In this document: positions 22,601 through 30,252 of the stretch, piece after piece
Position numbering within the stretch: position 1 is the first letter of the stretch
Layout: each line of letters begins with the position of its first letter
Virus record (IMG/VR): IMGVR_UViG_3300042691_026427
Location: 64,001-128,000 of that record
DNA from: a virus
Length of the DNA: 64,000 nucleotides
Direction: 5' to 3' (one strand)
The notes under the pieces: model-generated
The model's input: only the letters and a program-made list of their open reading frames with translations
Database searches by the model: none
What the model was told of the DNA's origin: nothing
Position numbers and translations under genes: made by a program

Positions 22601-24036
22601 TTTGAATCGGTCTGCGAAATACTATCAGTAACACTTACTGTAAATGATTGAGATATCTGGGAAGTAGGGGTGCCAGAAATTTGTCCAGTAGATGAGTTAA
22701 ACGTTAATCCTGTTAAAGTCTGAATATTAGGATTAATTGACCATACAACAGTTCCATAGCCCGCAGCAGTGGGGACTAGTGTAGCTGGTGAAAATGCGGT
22801 GATTGCGGCATTAACAGAAAATTGATAGCTTGTAACAGTCTGTTGTAAATTTAATGACGGTACAGCTAAGACTGAAAGTGTAAAACTTTTTGCACTAGTA
22901 TTTGCAGTAGGAGTAGTACTGTCTGTAACTGTTACTGTTACCGTTGCTGTACTAACTTGTGTAGCTACTCCTGAAATAAAACCAGTTGATGGATCAATAC
23001 TTAATCCGGCAGGTAATCCAGTTTGACTGTAAATATACGGGGTTTTACCACCACTAGCAGTCACTGGCTTAAATGCTGTAAATGATTGGCCTACATATAA
23101 TGTAGGAATAGTTCCTAATGTGCTGCCCAGCGGCGCAGTTACTGTTCCGGCTGCAATAGCAATAGAATAAGATTGTTGGTTGCTTTTAGGAGGAGCAAAA
23201 CTATCTGCAACTGCAATTGTAAAATTTGCAGTACCTGCTGGGCCAGTTGGTGTTCCGCTGATAACACCAGTAGTTGAATTTAACGTAAGTCCGTTTGGTA
23301 GACTACCACTTTGTACGGCAAATATAAATGGAGCAGTTCCTGTTCCTGAATTTACTGAAACAGTAGTAGTATATGCAACACCTACTGTTCCGGCTGGTCG
23401 AGCAACAGATGTTAATACTGGTGCAGTAGCAACAACGGTTCCAGATCCAGTTACAACTTCTAAATTAAAACTTACAGATTTTGTCGAACCGGCTTGGTCA
23501 GTAATTGTAATTGTATACGAAGTAGATGGAGATGTAACAGTAGGGGTACCTGTTACTGAATAGGATACAGAGTTGTGCAGCCAAGGACCTGTTCCGTCAC
23601 TTGCATTTGCAGACTTAATGGAACCGGTGCCTATTAATGTTAAACCGGCAGGAAGAGCAGGAACAATTGCTGATGTGTAAACCGGTGTAGTACCAGGCTT
23701 AGTTGCTGACGTTCCGCCAGTTGGGTATATAGATGTTCCGCCATAAAATTCAACAACACCTTGATTTGCAAGCGCATTTACACCAAGAGAGAAGGTAGTA
23801 CCGAGGGCAGTACCAATTAATTCAGGAATAAATGGTGCAATAACAGTGTTTACGTTGCGAGGATAAGGACCTGCGGCCGGTTTTGCCCATAGGATTTTAC
23901 CTGCGTTGATACCCGTACCAACGCTGGCTTTAGATTGGCTACCGGCGTTGGTAACATACCAATCGCCGGCTCCGTAATTATAATTGGAGGCTACCGGAGT
24001 GGCTGCGGGGTAAGTGGAATAAAAAATTGCTGGCAC
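10618..24036 (-). CDS. Giant (4472 aa) fibre protein: Ig-like (He_PIG-type) repeats plus a very long collagen-like region
   Basis: GTG start. About 19 repeats of the type LP.GL.....TG.ISGTPT....YTITVTDS, then over 2000 aa of G-X-X repeats interrupted by small globular domains. Confidence 0.8.
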   Translation of the reverse strand: MPAIFYSTYPAATPVASNYNYGAGDWYVTNAGSQSKASVGTGINAGKILWAKPAAGPYPRNVNTVIAPFIPELIGTALGTTFSLGVNALANQGVVEFYGGTSIYPTGGTSATKPGTTPVYTSAIVPALPAGLTLIGTGSIKSANASDGTGPWLHNSVSYSVTGTPTVTSPSTSYTITITDQAGSTKSVSFNLEVVTGSGTVVATAPVLTSVARPAGTVGVAYTTTVSVNSGTGTAPFIFAVQSGSLPNGLTLNSTTGVISGTPTGPAGTANFTIAVADSFAPPKSNQQSYSIAIAAGTVTAPLGSTLGTIPTLYVGQSFTAFKPVTASGGKTPYIYSQTGLPAGLSIDPSTGFISGVATQVSTATVTVTVTDSTTPTANTSAKSFTLSVLAVPSLNLQQTVTSYQFSVNAAITAFSPATLVPTAAGYGTVVWSINPNIQTLTGLTFNSSTGQISGTPTSQISQSFTVSVTDSISQTDSKSFSLSVTSGPLTAVVSSSSVVLVKNTVPVVPFRPITGSGGFGSLTYTISPNLNSQTGLTFSSTGTISGTATSILPQTTYTVTIYDEISATTSSNFNLTINPPPALVVTSVVGPQNLTYNVPITSPVKPVNVTGGFGTSTFSISPSLPISLSFNTSTGTYSGVPTVQSSSTSYTVTVTDWLAQTTASSFLLAVNLPPIVLTQTSSSIRLVQNITFANYIRPITASSGGVAPFTYSVSPSIPPPNGLTFTNTGTIFGTATTTLITSTYIVTVTDSLGGNNTGTFSLYVAPEPPPTPITITVNNPNLILDSFGGPYSFFPVTGTGGKGSLVYNINQPLPSPLTFTTSTGRVSGSTTSTYNTNTFSVSVSDSVNQINTGTFTLYIKPPVPPTIVVNSSTVVFSAYAGPFLLTPIGASGGVGTLSFSLSPSSLPGTLFFSTSTGQIVGSTTGTFNTSSYSVTVTDSINAISTGSFSLYVRPPTPPILTVNNPNLILDSFSGPYSFTPVSATGGIPVLVYNITPPLPSPLTYSSSTGVLSGNTTSTFNTSTFTVQVTDSVGSISTATFALFIKKPPGIIITVVNSSINLVEYSGPYSNTPITASGGTNPLSFSISPALPSPLIFTTSTGRISGNTTVSFNTATFTITATDSSVPSQSESGTFTLSISSGPPIELSVDVPGSVLTKNVATTFTPIIAAGGIPPLRFIIDTPLPADLTYSTSTGVVNGIPRISQGNQTYIVTVYDSRSKFGFEPDSFEQQTFDLQIDEPGPLVLTTSTSTVVLPQSVPFAPIRLFAASGGYGTLTYVLAPSTLPTGITFNQGLLGGSASAYINTATNYSVTISDEADQVVTATFSLNVIPPPVSATLRIPSRQLTRSVNAVPFKPVDGADGYSPISYIIDPALPGNLIFSTSTGFVSGIATSVLSTTTYSITVRDYWNNRSTATFNLNVVDLPSLTTVLDTSTVKLTRLIENANVAPVSATGGFGNISFSISPTLPSGLTISTTNGFITGIAQVIQVAVPFNVTATDAVGQKSTQTFTLTVIDPPLTPTVVSASNVFTQYKSFTALQPVTVTGGVTPYAFGIAPSLTGTGLTYSTSGILAGTPTVTLTTASYTITVTDSGGVVQTTSTSISIGINPPQPLVAIVNTSSLVYTIGVPATLIKPFEGNGGTGALKYSISPTLPLSLGLNVSTGAISGTPTVISNTATYTITVTDSAAIPQSTSTDVTIVIQPKPITLTVQQAEVVLTRYAAITTSIIPVLASDGSGVLTYSLIPPTLPNTVVYDAFTGEVEGTPTDPGISTTYIVKVTDSIGQESTSSFVLTIGTSAPPELLVTVPVNPINFTQNQFDQVLPVAVSGGYSTPSSSYTYALDTSVNSLPLGLNFNNATGYISGTPLLLTSAPLTFTITVTDAIPQSKSVTFQLNVFQAITNTSGKGYGGSVGYTGSRGAGFTGSKGFIGSEGYTGSIGYTGSEGYVGSEGFVGSRGNLGYTGSQGAKGDQGTGLQVIGTVPTDTALPVPYFGQDGDGIIVTDTGKLFVWDGTDWIDAGRITGYSGSVGELGYTGSKAYVGSQGYTGSKGFAGSVGFSGSLGYSGSFGYTGSRGETSFVGSEGRFGFTGSQAYSGSQGFLGSRGFAGSTGYFGSEGYTGSIGFTGSQGYSGSAGYTGSEGYTGSEGFVGSFGFTGSSGAFAALGFTGSQGYAGSQGFSGSHGFTGSEGFVGSRGFVGSRGFIGSQGFTGSIGFTGSDGYVGSAGFVGSFGYTGSIGFTGSSGFSGSAGFAGSVGELGYTGSIGFTGSIGYTGSQSFTGSSGAQGSAGFTGSIGFSGSSGFTGSRGFAGSRGFVGSEGFTGSIGFTGSQSFTGSAGFIGSVGFTGSQGAGFTGSVGFTGSIGGLGYTGSQGFTGSQGFAGSAGFVGSSGFTGSVGFSGSIGFTGSIGFTGSRGFIGSVGFAGSIGFTGSIGFTGSQSFTGSSGYTGSIGFTGSQGAGFTGSQSFTGSSGFTGSFGFTGSIGFTGSQSFTGSRGFVGSAGFTGSEGYTGSRAFTGSQGFTGSRGFVGSEGYVGSIGFTGSIGFTGSQSFTGSSGYVGSVGYTGSIGFTGSIGFTGSQSFTGSVGYTGSIGFTGSQGAGFTGSSGFVGSVGELGYNGSRGFTGSRGFTGSQGFAGSEGFVGSFGFTGSQGSIGFSGSQSYTGSEGFVGSFGFTGSIGFTGSQSFTGSRGFSGSHGFAGSDGFTGSQGQLGFVGSSGAFAALGFTGSIGFSGSEGFAGSVGMTGSRGFTGSSGAFAAIGFAGSRGFRGSEGFAGSRGFSGSFGFTGSFGFTGSFGFTGSEGYSGSEGFVGSRGFLGSRGFFGSAGFTGSRGFAGSQGFTGSQGSGFTGSEGFTGSEGFTGSEGFTGSRGFLGSRGFVGSIGFTGSIGFTGSQSFTGSSGYVGSVGFAGSAGPGGGRYVIFGQHSTNLTAGGYFGFGNGTNTLGAGVTFPEDAILISLTVDADSAYTSDVSIEVLKNGVGTGVFVTAANGATFGIANDLYLPFVTGDSIAFVVISGSGGTNSTVAAWFMNGGAKGYNGSLGYTGSIGYTGSQSYTGSLGFTGSSGFTGSIGYTGSIGYTGSQSYTGSSGFTGSIGYTGSIGYTGSQSYTGSSGFTGSIGFTGSIGFTGSIGYTGSQSYTGSEGYIGSIGYTGSIGYTGSQSFTGSSGFTGSFGFTGSLGFTGSLGFTGSQSYTGSSGFTGSFGFTGSIGFTGSIGYTGSQSYTGSSGYTGSFGFTGSIGFTGSIGYTGSQSYTGSSGFTGSEGYTGSRAFTGSIGYTGSEGYVGSVGYIGSIGFTGSIGYTGSQGIGFTGSQSYTGSEGYIGSIGYTGSIGYTGSQSFTGSSGFTGSFGFTGSIGFTGSIGYTGSQSYTGSEGYVGSVGYIGSIGFTGSQGAGFTGSQSYTGSFGFTGSIGFTGSQGAGFTGSQSYTGSFGFTGSFGFTGSQGAGFTGSAGLDGTIGVDGYTGSSGAFAALGFTGSQGGLGFTGSIGFTGSQGAGFTGSQSFTGSFGYTGSFGFTGSSGAFAALGYTGSSADKGGLRYYYDTNRTAGVGTAGSLRTNNAIIANVTAIYINVNDVNGIGQTNYINQWDDSTNAIKGQLIIKNNSSTSNVFSAWNVTAILNQSTYFTLTVTYASGVYGVNNDQVVVEFIRTGDRGFTGSQGFTGSSGFAGSFGYSGSEGYVGSFGYTGSFGYSGSQGFTGSQSFTGSEGYVGSFGYSGSRGFTGSEGYVGSFGYTGSIGYSGSRGFTGSQSYTGSEGYVGSFGYTGSRGFTGSEGYVGSFGYTGSFGYTGSFGYTGSQSYTGSFGYTGSGFSGSQGFTGSQSFTGSQGFSGSQGFTGSQSFTGSFGFTGSFGFSGSQGFTGSQGFTGSQSFTGSFGYTGSRGFTGSEGYVGSFGYTGSFGYTGSFGYTGSGFTGSRGFTGSEGYVGSFGYTGSIGYTGSQSYTGSEGYVGSFGYTGSFGYTGSIGYTGSQSYTGSFGYTGSGFSGSQGFTGSQSFTGSQGFSGSQGFTGSQSFTGSFGFTGSFGFSGSQGFTGSQGFTGSQSFTGSFGFTGSFGFSGSQGFAGSQGFTGSFGFSGSQGDKGGLKYYFDNVTTAGVGSNGSLRFNNGVVTSVTSIFINNLDSLGSQINTYINQWANSTNPNKGQLIIENNLNTSPNINVWNVTSITTGTTFATLTVSYVAGAIPTNNDTLSLVFNRTGDQGFSGSQGFFGSAGFTGSFGFSGSFGYSGSQGFTGSRAFTGSGGYVGSFGYSGSFGYTGSRGFTGSEGFVGSFGYTGSFGFAGSRGFSGSKGESSFSYSATAPVSPVIGDRWFDSALGLEYVYTNDGDTFQWVEVAAGGGFLGPLGFTGSAGNVTAQGAIGFTGSAGFSDYMSVALSDEYSPLSAGTAVTFRTPYALTLTQLPRASLTTAGASIVTLDINKNGVSVLGANKLTIDAGEKTSTTAATPTTLVTTSFADDDEVTLDVDTIGSGAAGAKITIYYRKV
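11200..18320 (-). repeat. Coding 9/18-nt periodic repeat (Gly-[FY]-Thr-Gly-Ser-X)
   Basis: Hundreds of degenerate units such as ACTACCAGTAAATCC on the plus strand. Boundaries are approximate. Confidence 0.9.
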
Positions 24037-24068
24037 GGTATATTTATTGCTTGTTAAAGTTCAATTTG

Positions 24069-27062
24069 TTATCGAGGTGTAATATCTTTTAATTGATAAG
24101 CGGTAAAGGATGCAGTTGTTACGGATCCAATTAACGGCTGTGTCAAATAAATTGTATAGTTTCCCGATGCATCGGGACCTGAATATGCAGCAGAAAGAGG
24201 ATCGGCTGGATCATAATTAGCAGTGATAGTATTAACATCAACTCCGTCACCTCTTACATCCATACCAGGCATAATTCCAATAGGATTAGCAGGAGTTGTA
24301 ACTGTAGTGGCTAATAAGTAAGAGTCGCCAGCAGTTCCAATTACAGGAAGATCAAATACAGGAGGAGTTATTTCTGCCATAACAAATACTGCTTGATTAA
24401 CATCATCAAAATATGTGTCGCCGGGGCGCAGTGAAGAATACGGATTAGCTACAAAGTCTGTATAGTTTGTAAAATGTTTTGGTGCTCGTCTGTCTTGGTG
24501 TATGCCTTCGTCACCTAGGTCAATTCCTATATTTTTAACCCATTCAACATAGCCACCTGGGTTTATTGTTATATTTGTAAATGTTACAGATGCTGTTACA
24601 GCAACATCTTGCCCAATAGAAATAGTAGAAGTAGTGCCGGAACCTGTATTAACAGAAACGCCAATCCCTCCTTCTATATTAGCCAACGAACTGCCGCCTG
24701 TACCCGGACTTCCTACATAACCAATTACGCCGGAACTACCGACAAAGCCGATACCTTCACTGCCAGTATAACCAAATGAACCTACAAATCCTTGACTACC
24801 ATTATAACCGAAACTACCAGTAAAACCCACGGGTCCTTCACTGCCAGTATATCCAATTGAACCTACAAATCCTATTGAACCTGTGTAGCCTTCACTACCA
24901 GTATATCCAATTGAACCTACAAATCCTATTGAACCTGTGTAGCCTTCACTACCAGTGTAACCAAATGAACCTACAAAACCTTCACTTCCAGTATATCCAA
25001 TCGAACCTACAAATCCTATTGATCCAGTATATCCAATCGAACCTGTCGACCCTACAAAACCTTCACTACCGGTATAGCCAAATGATCCAAAGTAGCCTAT
25101 TGATCCAGTATATCCAATTGAACCTGTTGAACCTACAAATCCTTCACTACCAGTGTAACCAAATGATCCAAAGTAGCCTATTGATCCAGTATCGCCTTTG
25201 TCGCCCTTCGGTCCTTTGATTTCTCCTACGTCTGACCAAGATGATCCTGTCCATACGTTTAGGTGCCCGTCGTCATTAGTAATATATCCATCGCCGATAT
25301 CTCCTGTATAGGGCAAAGGTAATAATGTGTAAGTTGATGTATTTCCAACGATAGTTACCGATGTGCCATCATTTCCTTTGCTACCAGTATAACCAAATGA
25401 TCCGGTATAGCCAAATGATCCTACAAAACCTTCACTACCAGTATAACCAAAACTACCAGTGTAACCAAATGATCCGGTATAGCCAAATGATCCTACAAAA
25501 CCTTCACTACCAGTATATCCAAAACTACCAGTATAGCCTATCGATCCAGTATAACCAAATGATCCGGTATAGCCAAATGATCCTACAAAACCTTCACTAC
25601 CAGTATAACCAAATGACCCAGTATAACCAAATGAACCAGTATAACCAAAGCTACCAGTGTAACCAAATGAACCTACATAACCTTCACTACCAGTAAAAGC
25701 TCGACTTCCAGTATAGCCAAATGATCCAGTATATCCAAATGATCCTGCATAGCCTTCACTTCCTGTGTAACCAAATGACCCAGTGTAACCAAATGATCCG
25801 GTATAGCCAAATGATCCTACAAAACCTTCACTACCTGTATAACTTTGACTACCAGTAAATCCAATGCTACCAGTAAATCCAATGCTACCAGTGTAACCAA
25901 ATGAACCTACATAACCTTCACTACCTATAAATCCTCGTGAACCAGTAAAACCCTGACTACCTGTAAATGCTCTACTACCGGTATAACCAATGCTACCAGT
26001 GTATCCAAATGAACCTACATAACCTTCACTACCTGTATAACTTTGACTACCAGTGTATCCAAATGAACCTGCATAGCCTTCACTACCAGTATAACCAAAT
26101 GAACCTACAAAACCGTCGCTACCAGTATAACCAAATGAACCTACAAAACCGTCGCTACCCTGAAAACCCTGACTTCCTACAAATCCCCTACTGCCAGCGA
26201 ATCCTCGACTGCCAGTGTATCCAAATGAACCTACATAACCTTCACTACCGGTGTAACTCTGGCTACCTGTAAAACCAATACTACCAGTATAACCTTCACT
26301 ACCAGTAAATCCGAAACTACCGGTATACCCAAATGAACCTACAAAACCTTCACTACCAGTGTAGCCTATACTACCAGTGAAACCTTCACTACCGGCGTAG
26401 CCTATACTGCCGGGGGCGCCTTCACTACCGGTATAACCAAATGAACCTACAAAACCTTCACTACCAGTGTAGCCTATACTACCAGTAAATCCAGTTTGTC
26501 CCACACTGCCCACATAGCCAATAATCTGACCTACGTTGACCCACTGCGAGCCATCCCATACATATAGATCTCCAGTGCTTTCTGCAATAAAACCATCAGA
26601 TTGAGAAGCGCCAGTTGGCAATCCACTAGGATTAGTAACTGTTCCTTGAATTGTAACCGATGCACCTGGGGCACCTGGTTCTCCTTTTAGACCTTGACTA
26701 CCAGTAAATCCAAAACTACCAGTATAACCTAAACCACCTAATTCTATTTGTTCCCAATTGGCATTAGCATTGGGCAAGTTACCGGTTGCTGTATTTCTAT
26801 ATTCACCTGGCAAAGAAACGTATTTGTAGTATTTTCCGCCTAAGAATGTTCTTCCGCTATTTGTATAACCAGTGACAACATAGACCAACATACCATCTTG
26901 CAGACGTTGTCCGGTTATGTTATGTAGTTGATCCCCAGAATTACCAGTTATAGAACGAAGAGAACCCCGTATTTCTGCATCTAATACGATGGGATGATTA
27001 CTAGTCGGGCTCCATGTGCCCGGCCAAGTATTTCTTGTTAAGCCGTCATAATTAGAAGTCAT
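24069..27062 (-). CDS. Collagen-like (GYTGS repeat) fibre protein
   Basis: 997 aa with long GYTGSF/GFVGSF arrays and two 'LP...GDG.I....G.L.VW.G..W..VG.I.G' knob domains. Confidence 0.8.
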   Translation of the reverse strand: MTSNYDGLTRNTWPGTWSPTSNHPIVLDAEIRGSLRSITGNSGDQLHNITGQRLQDGMLVYVVTGYTNSGRTFLGGKYYKYVSLPGEYRNTATGNLPNANANWEQIELGGLGYTGSFGFTGSQGLKGEPGAPGASVTIQGTVTNPSGLPTGASQSDGFIAESTGDLYVWDGSQWVNVGQIIGYVGSVGQTGFTGSIGYTGSEGFVGSFGYTGSEGAPGSIGYAGSEGFTGSIGYTGSEGFVGSFGYTGSFGFTGSEGYTGSIGFTGSQSYTGSEGYVGSFGYTGSRGFAGSRGFVGSQGFQGSDGFVGSFGYTGSDGFVGSFGYTGSEGYAGSFGYTGSQSYTGSEGYVGSFGYTGSIGYTGSRAFTGSQGFTGSRGFIGSEGYVGSFGYTGSIGFTGSIGFTGSQSYTGSEGFVGSFGYTGSFGYTGSFGYTGSEGYAGSFGYTGSFGYTGSRAFTGSEGYVGSFGYTGSFGYTGSFGYTGSFGYTGSEGFVGSFGYTGSFGYTGSIGYTGSFGYTGSEGFVGSFGYTGSFGYTGSFGYTGSEGFVGSFGYTGSFGYTGSKGNDGTSVTIVGNTSTYTLLPLPYTGDIGDGYITNDDGHLNVWTGSSWSDVGEIKGPKGDKGDTGSIGYFGSFGYTGSEGFVGSTGSIGYTGSIGYFGSFGYTGSEGFVGSTGSIGYTGSIGFVGSIGYTGSEGFVGSFGYTGSEGYTGSIGFVGSIGYTGSEGYTGSIGFVGSIGYTGSEGPVGFTGSFGYNGSQGFVGSFGYTGSEGIGFVGSSGVIGYVGSPGTGGSSLANIEGGIGVSVNTGSGTTSTISIGQDVAVTASVTFTNITINPGGYVEWVKNIGIDLGDEGIHQDRRAPKHFTNYTDFVANPYSSLRPGDTYFDDVNQAVFVMAEITPPVFDLPVIGTAGDSYLLATTVTTPANPIGIMPGMDVRGDGVDVNTITANYDPADPLSAAYSGPDASGNYTIYLTQPLIGSVTTASFTAYQLKDITPR
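24700..26730 (-). repeat. Coding collagen-like repeat array
   Basis: 18-nt periodic units encoding GYTGSF/GYTGSE/GFVGSF. Boundaries are approximate. Confidence 0.85.
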
Positions 27063-27063
27063 G

Positions 27064-28713
27064 TTATATTATACTAACGTATGTATTCCCTGGTTGTAAA
27101 ATAATACCATATAAATTATAAGTTTCCGAGACATAACCTACTGGTACAGAATCTGGTGTTAAAGACACTGTGCTGGTTGTTCTAGTCACGTCACTTAGTA
27201 ATGTAGAGCTTGCTCCTGTTTGAAACGATGTAGGCTGCGCAACTGAACTTCTAACACCCAACCAAAATACTCTAGGAACTAATGCAGTGTTATTAACAAA
27301 ACTGGCAAAGTTTTTTACTTGATTTCCTAATATTGTTACTCCTGCTGCAAATGTTGATCCTGTTACTATATTTGTTCTCAACGGCGGCTGTGCAGATGAA
27401 TCAGTCCATACCCAAAAACTAGGATAGGTAAATGCCATTGTCAGTGCTAGATCATTAGCCGATGCCTGTGCATTATATGCAATTCCAGTAACGGCTGCTG
27501 GTCTAGTAAATGTTGCAACAACAGCTACTGATACACTGTTGCCTGCACTGTTTTTATGTAGGGGCGCAGAAAATAGTAAACTTCCATTACCAATTAGATT
27601 ACTAGGAGTTCCGCCAACGCTGGTAACAGCTAACGTATAATTTGACGATGAAGATATTCCTGTTACGGATATTGCATAATTTGTTTGAGTATAATTCTGT
27701 AGGAAATTATTTCCAGTAAGATCAGACATACTAATTGATATCGAAGGAGTAGCCCATGCAACTGTTGCAGTTACTATGCTATCGATGTATTCTGTTTCTG
27801 TTGGAGAATTACTTGATCTAAAGTTAAAATGTATATTTGCAGAAGCAGTGCCGCCGCTTAATGAAGAACTTGTTGATCTAATTACTGCGGTGCCGTTTGT
27901 ATTAAAAATTTGAGACCACGAAATTCCAGCAGCTGGAGAAACACTAGGTCCTGTAGTGGTATAACTGGCAGCGGTAACTGTTACAGTTCCTGACAATTGT
28001 GTTAAACGTCTTACTGAAGAAATCCATTGATCCAAAAAGTCTGTTGGATTAGTTACATTTACGGTAAATCCAGTGCAGGGCACATCCCAATTCAATGCAT
28101 TGGATGGTAGTATACTGCCCGTTAACGTAGGAGTAAATCCTGCTAGATTCAATATAAACGAACCGTTGATTAATTGTGTTTCACGGACGGTATAAGAAAT
28201 TCCACCAGGGTCTACATAGCCAGTTAGTAGTCGTCTTGTACCTGTAGAAGTCCATACTAAATTGTTAGTACTAGTGCTAATTCCAGCAGAACCAGTATAA
28301 CCTATCGATCCTTGACTGCCTGTAAACCCGACAATAACTGTAGAAGTCCCGGTGGTAATAACAGTGGTGCCGCCGCCAACAGGATTTCCATTGATAAACA
28401 GTGTACCTGTATTAGAAATGGTAACAGTATTTCCACCAACAAAAAAAGTACTAGAACTTAAATGTAGAGTTCTCCATCTATTAGTAGGACTGCCTAAATT
28501 ATAGGTGTTGTCAATTCCCGGGAGAAAATTGTTGAATACTGTAGAAGAAGTAGCTGCGCCCGAAAAATTCAGCGGAATTCCGCCGGGAGTAATGCCATCT
28601 CCGATGCGTAATACACCTGTTTCGTCGTAAAAAAGCAGGTCTTTGTCGCCTACATACGCAGATGCAGCAACATTTGATACCCTACCAGCTTGTATTTTTA
28701 AGAGAGACGACAC
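27064..28713 (-). CDS. Virion structural/tail-associated protein
   Basis: N-terminal LRIGDGITPGG motif and an LGSPTNRWRTL module; Thr/Ser-rich beta composition; GTG start. Confidence 0.65.
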   Translation of the reverse strand: MSSLLKIQAGRVSNVAASAYVGDKDLLFYDETGVLRIGDGITPGGIPLNFSGAATSSTVFNNFLPGIDNTYNLGSPTNRWRTLHLSSSTFFVGGNTVTISNTGTLFINGNPVGGGTTVITTGTSTVIVGFTGSQGSIGYTGSAGISTSTNNLVWTSTGTRRLLTGYVDPGGISYTVRETQLINGSFILNLAGFTPTLTGSILPSNALNWDVPCTGFTVNVTNPTDFLDQWISSVRRLTQLSGTVTVTAASYTTTGPSVSPAAGISWSQIFNTNGTAVIRSTSSSLSGGTASANIHFNFRSSNSPTETEYIDSIVTATVAWATPSISISMSDLTGNNFLQNYTQTNYAISVTGISSSSNYTLAVTSVGGTPSNLIGNGSLLFSAPLHKNSAGNSVSVAVVATFTRPAAVTGIAYNAQASANDLALTMAFTYPSFWVWTDSSAQPPLRTNIVTGSTFAAGVTILGNQVKNFASFVNNTALVPRVFWLGVRSSVAQPTSFQTGASSTLLSDVTRTTSTVSLTPDSVPVGYVSETYNLYGIILQPGNTYVSII

Positions 28714-28754
28714 GTTAAAGACCTTACTTTAACATATTTACCGAGAAACGGTTT

Positions 28755-29102
28755 TTAAGATTTTCGAGCTTCAACCAAACGATTATATTCTGCAGAAAGT
28801 TCTTCAAAATCTTCCGAAATGTCAAATTCTGTTCTTTCATTAGTATTTTCGTTTGATGCTGCGCCATTGTCGTCTAAAATCTGGTTGATTACGGCACTAC
28901 GTTTGCCGGATTTATGTTTTTCTAATTCTAAAGATTGCTGTAACGGAGAAACAAACACTGGTTGATCTGGTAGATCCTCCGGGTTGATAGGATCAGTAGA
29001 CACAACCGGATCACCACTACCGTTAGGAATTGTAATGTTTATAGGTATATTGATAGTGACGGTTCTACTGTCAGCTTCGGATAGAAATTCTTTTGCTCTC
29101 AT
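28755..29102 (-). CDS. Hypothetical protein with MRAKEFLSE N-terminus (possible internal head protein)
   Basis: 115-aa acidic ORF; TAAATA 5 nt upstream of the ATG. Confidence 0.65.
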   Translation of the reverse strand: MRAKEFLSEADSRTVTINIPINITIPNGSGDPVVSTDPINPEDLPDQPVFVSPLQQSLELEKHKSGKRSAVINQILDDNGAASNENTNERTEFDISEDFEELSAEYNRLVEARKS

Positions 29103-29215
29103 AATAATATTTATCGTTGTGCGTTAGCTGTTTATAATTAAGATATGTTAGTAAAACTCATTCTACGGTCACTCTCTTTTAACTATTTAGCTAGTTTTCT
29201 GTTAATAAATATCCC

Positions 29216-29674
29216 ATGGACAATATACACAAAGATCAAGAGTATTGGTCCAATTTAACTTGGCCGGCGGCTCCTAATAATAGTGACTATGCGGTATTTG
29301 AGCACTATTGCAAAGGTAGTGTACTACTTTTAGGCAGTACACAACTGCTATTAACGTTAGCAGATGAAGCATGGGATTTAGAGCCCAAGTACTCTAACCC
29401 TAAGATTAAGAATCGTGATTGGTTTACGCTAGACGAACACTGGGATACTGTTATTATTGATGGCGGATTAGCATTGGGCAAAGAGTTTACAGAACGTGTG
29501 CTCTCCGCAATATTACCAAACTGCGATAGATTTGTTGCCCGTGCTTTCTTAAATCCTAACTGGCCCACAAAGTACGCCTGCTATTTCCCCCGTGCTGAAG
29601 AACTAACACCACAACCTACGGAACACCCTATTAACGAGGTATATACATTTTACATATGGAATCAAAACCAATAA
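29216..29674 (+). CDS. Hypothetical protein (possibly a degenerate Rossmann/methyltransferase-like fold)
   Basis: 152-aa ORF overlapping the QueC-like gene; VLLLGST and WDTVIIDGG segments. Confidence 0.6.
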   Translation: MDNIHKDQEYWSNLTWPAAPNNSDYAVFEHYCKGSVLLLGSTQLLLTLADEAWDLEPKYSNPKIKNRDWFTLDEHWDTVIIDGGLALGKEFTERVLSAILPNCDRFVARAFLNPNWPTKYACYFPRAEELTPQPTEHPINEVYTFYIWNQNQ

Positions 29675-30252
29675 TATTAGCCATGTACTCAGGTGGGTTA
29701 GACAGTTTAGGCATGGTCTACAAGCTACTAGCTGATCCTGCGTATAAGGACTACAGTATCCATATCCATCATATACACAATCGTAATATAGAAAATAGGG
29801 ATCGTGCTGAAGCCGTAGTAGTAGAATTAGTATTAAAAGAACTCAGACGATTAAGTTTTAATTTTGTTTATAGTGAAAGCCAAATAGCATCACAACCCTA
29901 CAATGGCAAGTTTCTGTTTGACTCAGATACAATCAACTTCTTTGCTGGATATATTTGCAGTGTCAATCCCAGTATAGTAAATGTTGCTATGGGTATGCAG
30001 GCCAATGATGCTAATCAATCACTGGAACTACGGCGAAAACGTGCTGATGCTATACTTGCAGCATTTACAACAGTTAAAAAGATTTTCCCTGTGTTAGAAA
30101 TGACAAAGCGTGAAATACAGGACAGTTTACCAGACTCACTTAAAAAAATGTTCTGGAGTTGTCGCCGTCCCGTGTACACAGAAAAAAATATCGCACCTTG
30201 TGGACAGTGCGATACTTGTGTTAAATTACGAGACCAGGGTATAATTACTTGA
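29656..30252 (+). CDS. QueC-like PP-loop ATPase (7-cyano-7-deazaguanine synthase family)
   Basis: PP-loop SGGLDS at the N-terminus; Zn-site WSC....PCGQCDTC at the C-terminus. Confidence 0.75.
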   Translation: MESKPIILAMYSGGLDSLGMVYKLLADPAYKDYSIHIHHIHNRNIENRDRAEAVVVELVLKELRRLSFNFVYSESQIASQPYNGKFLFDSDTINFFAGYICSVNPSIVNVAMGMQANDANQSLELRRKRADAILAAFTTVKKIFPVLEMTKREIQDSLPDSLKKMFWSCRRPVYTEKNIAPCGQCDTCVKLRDQGIIT

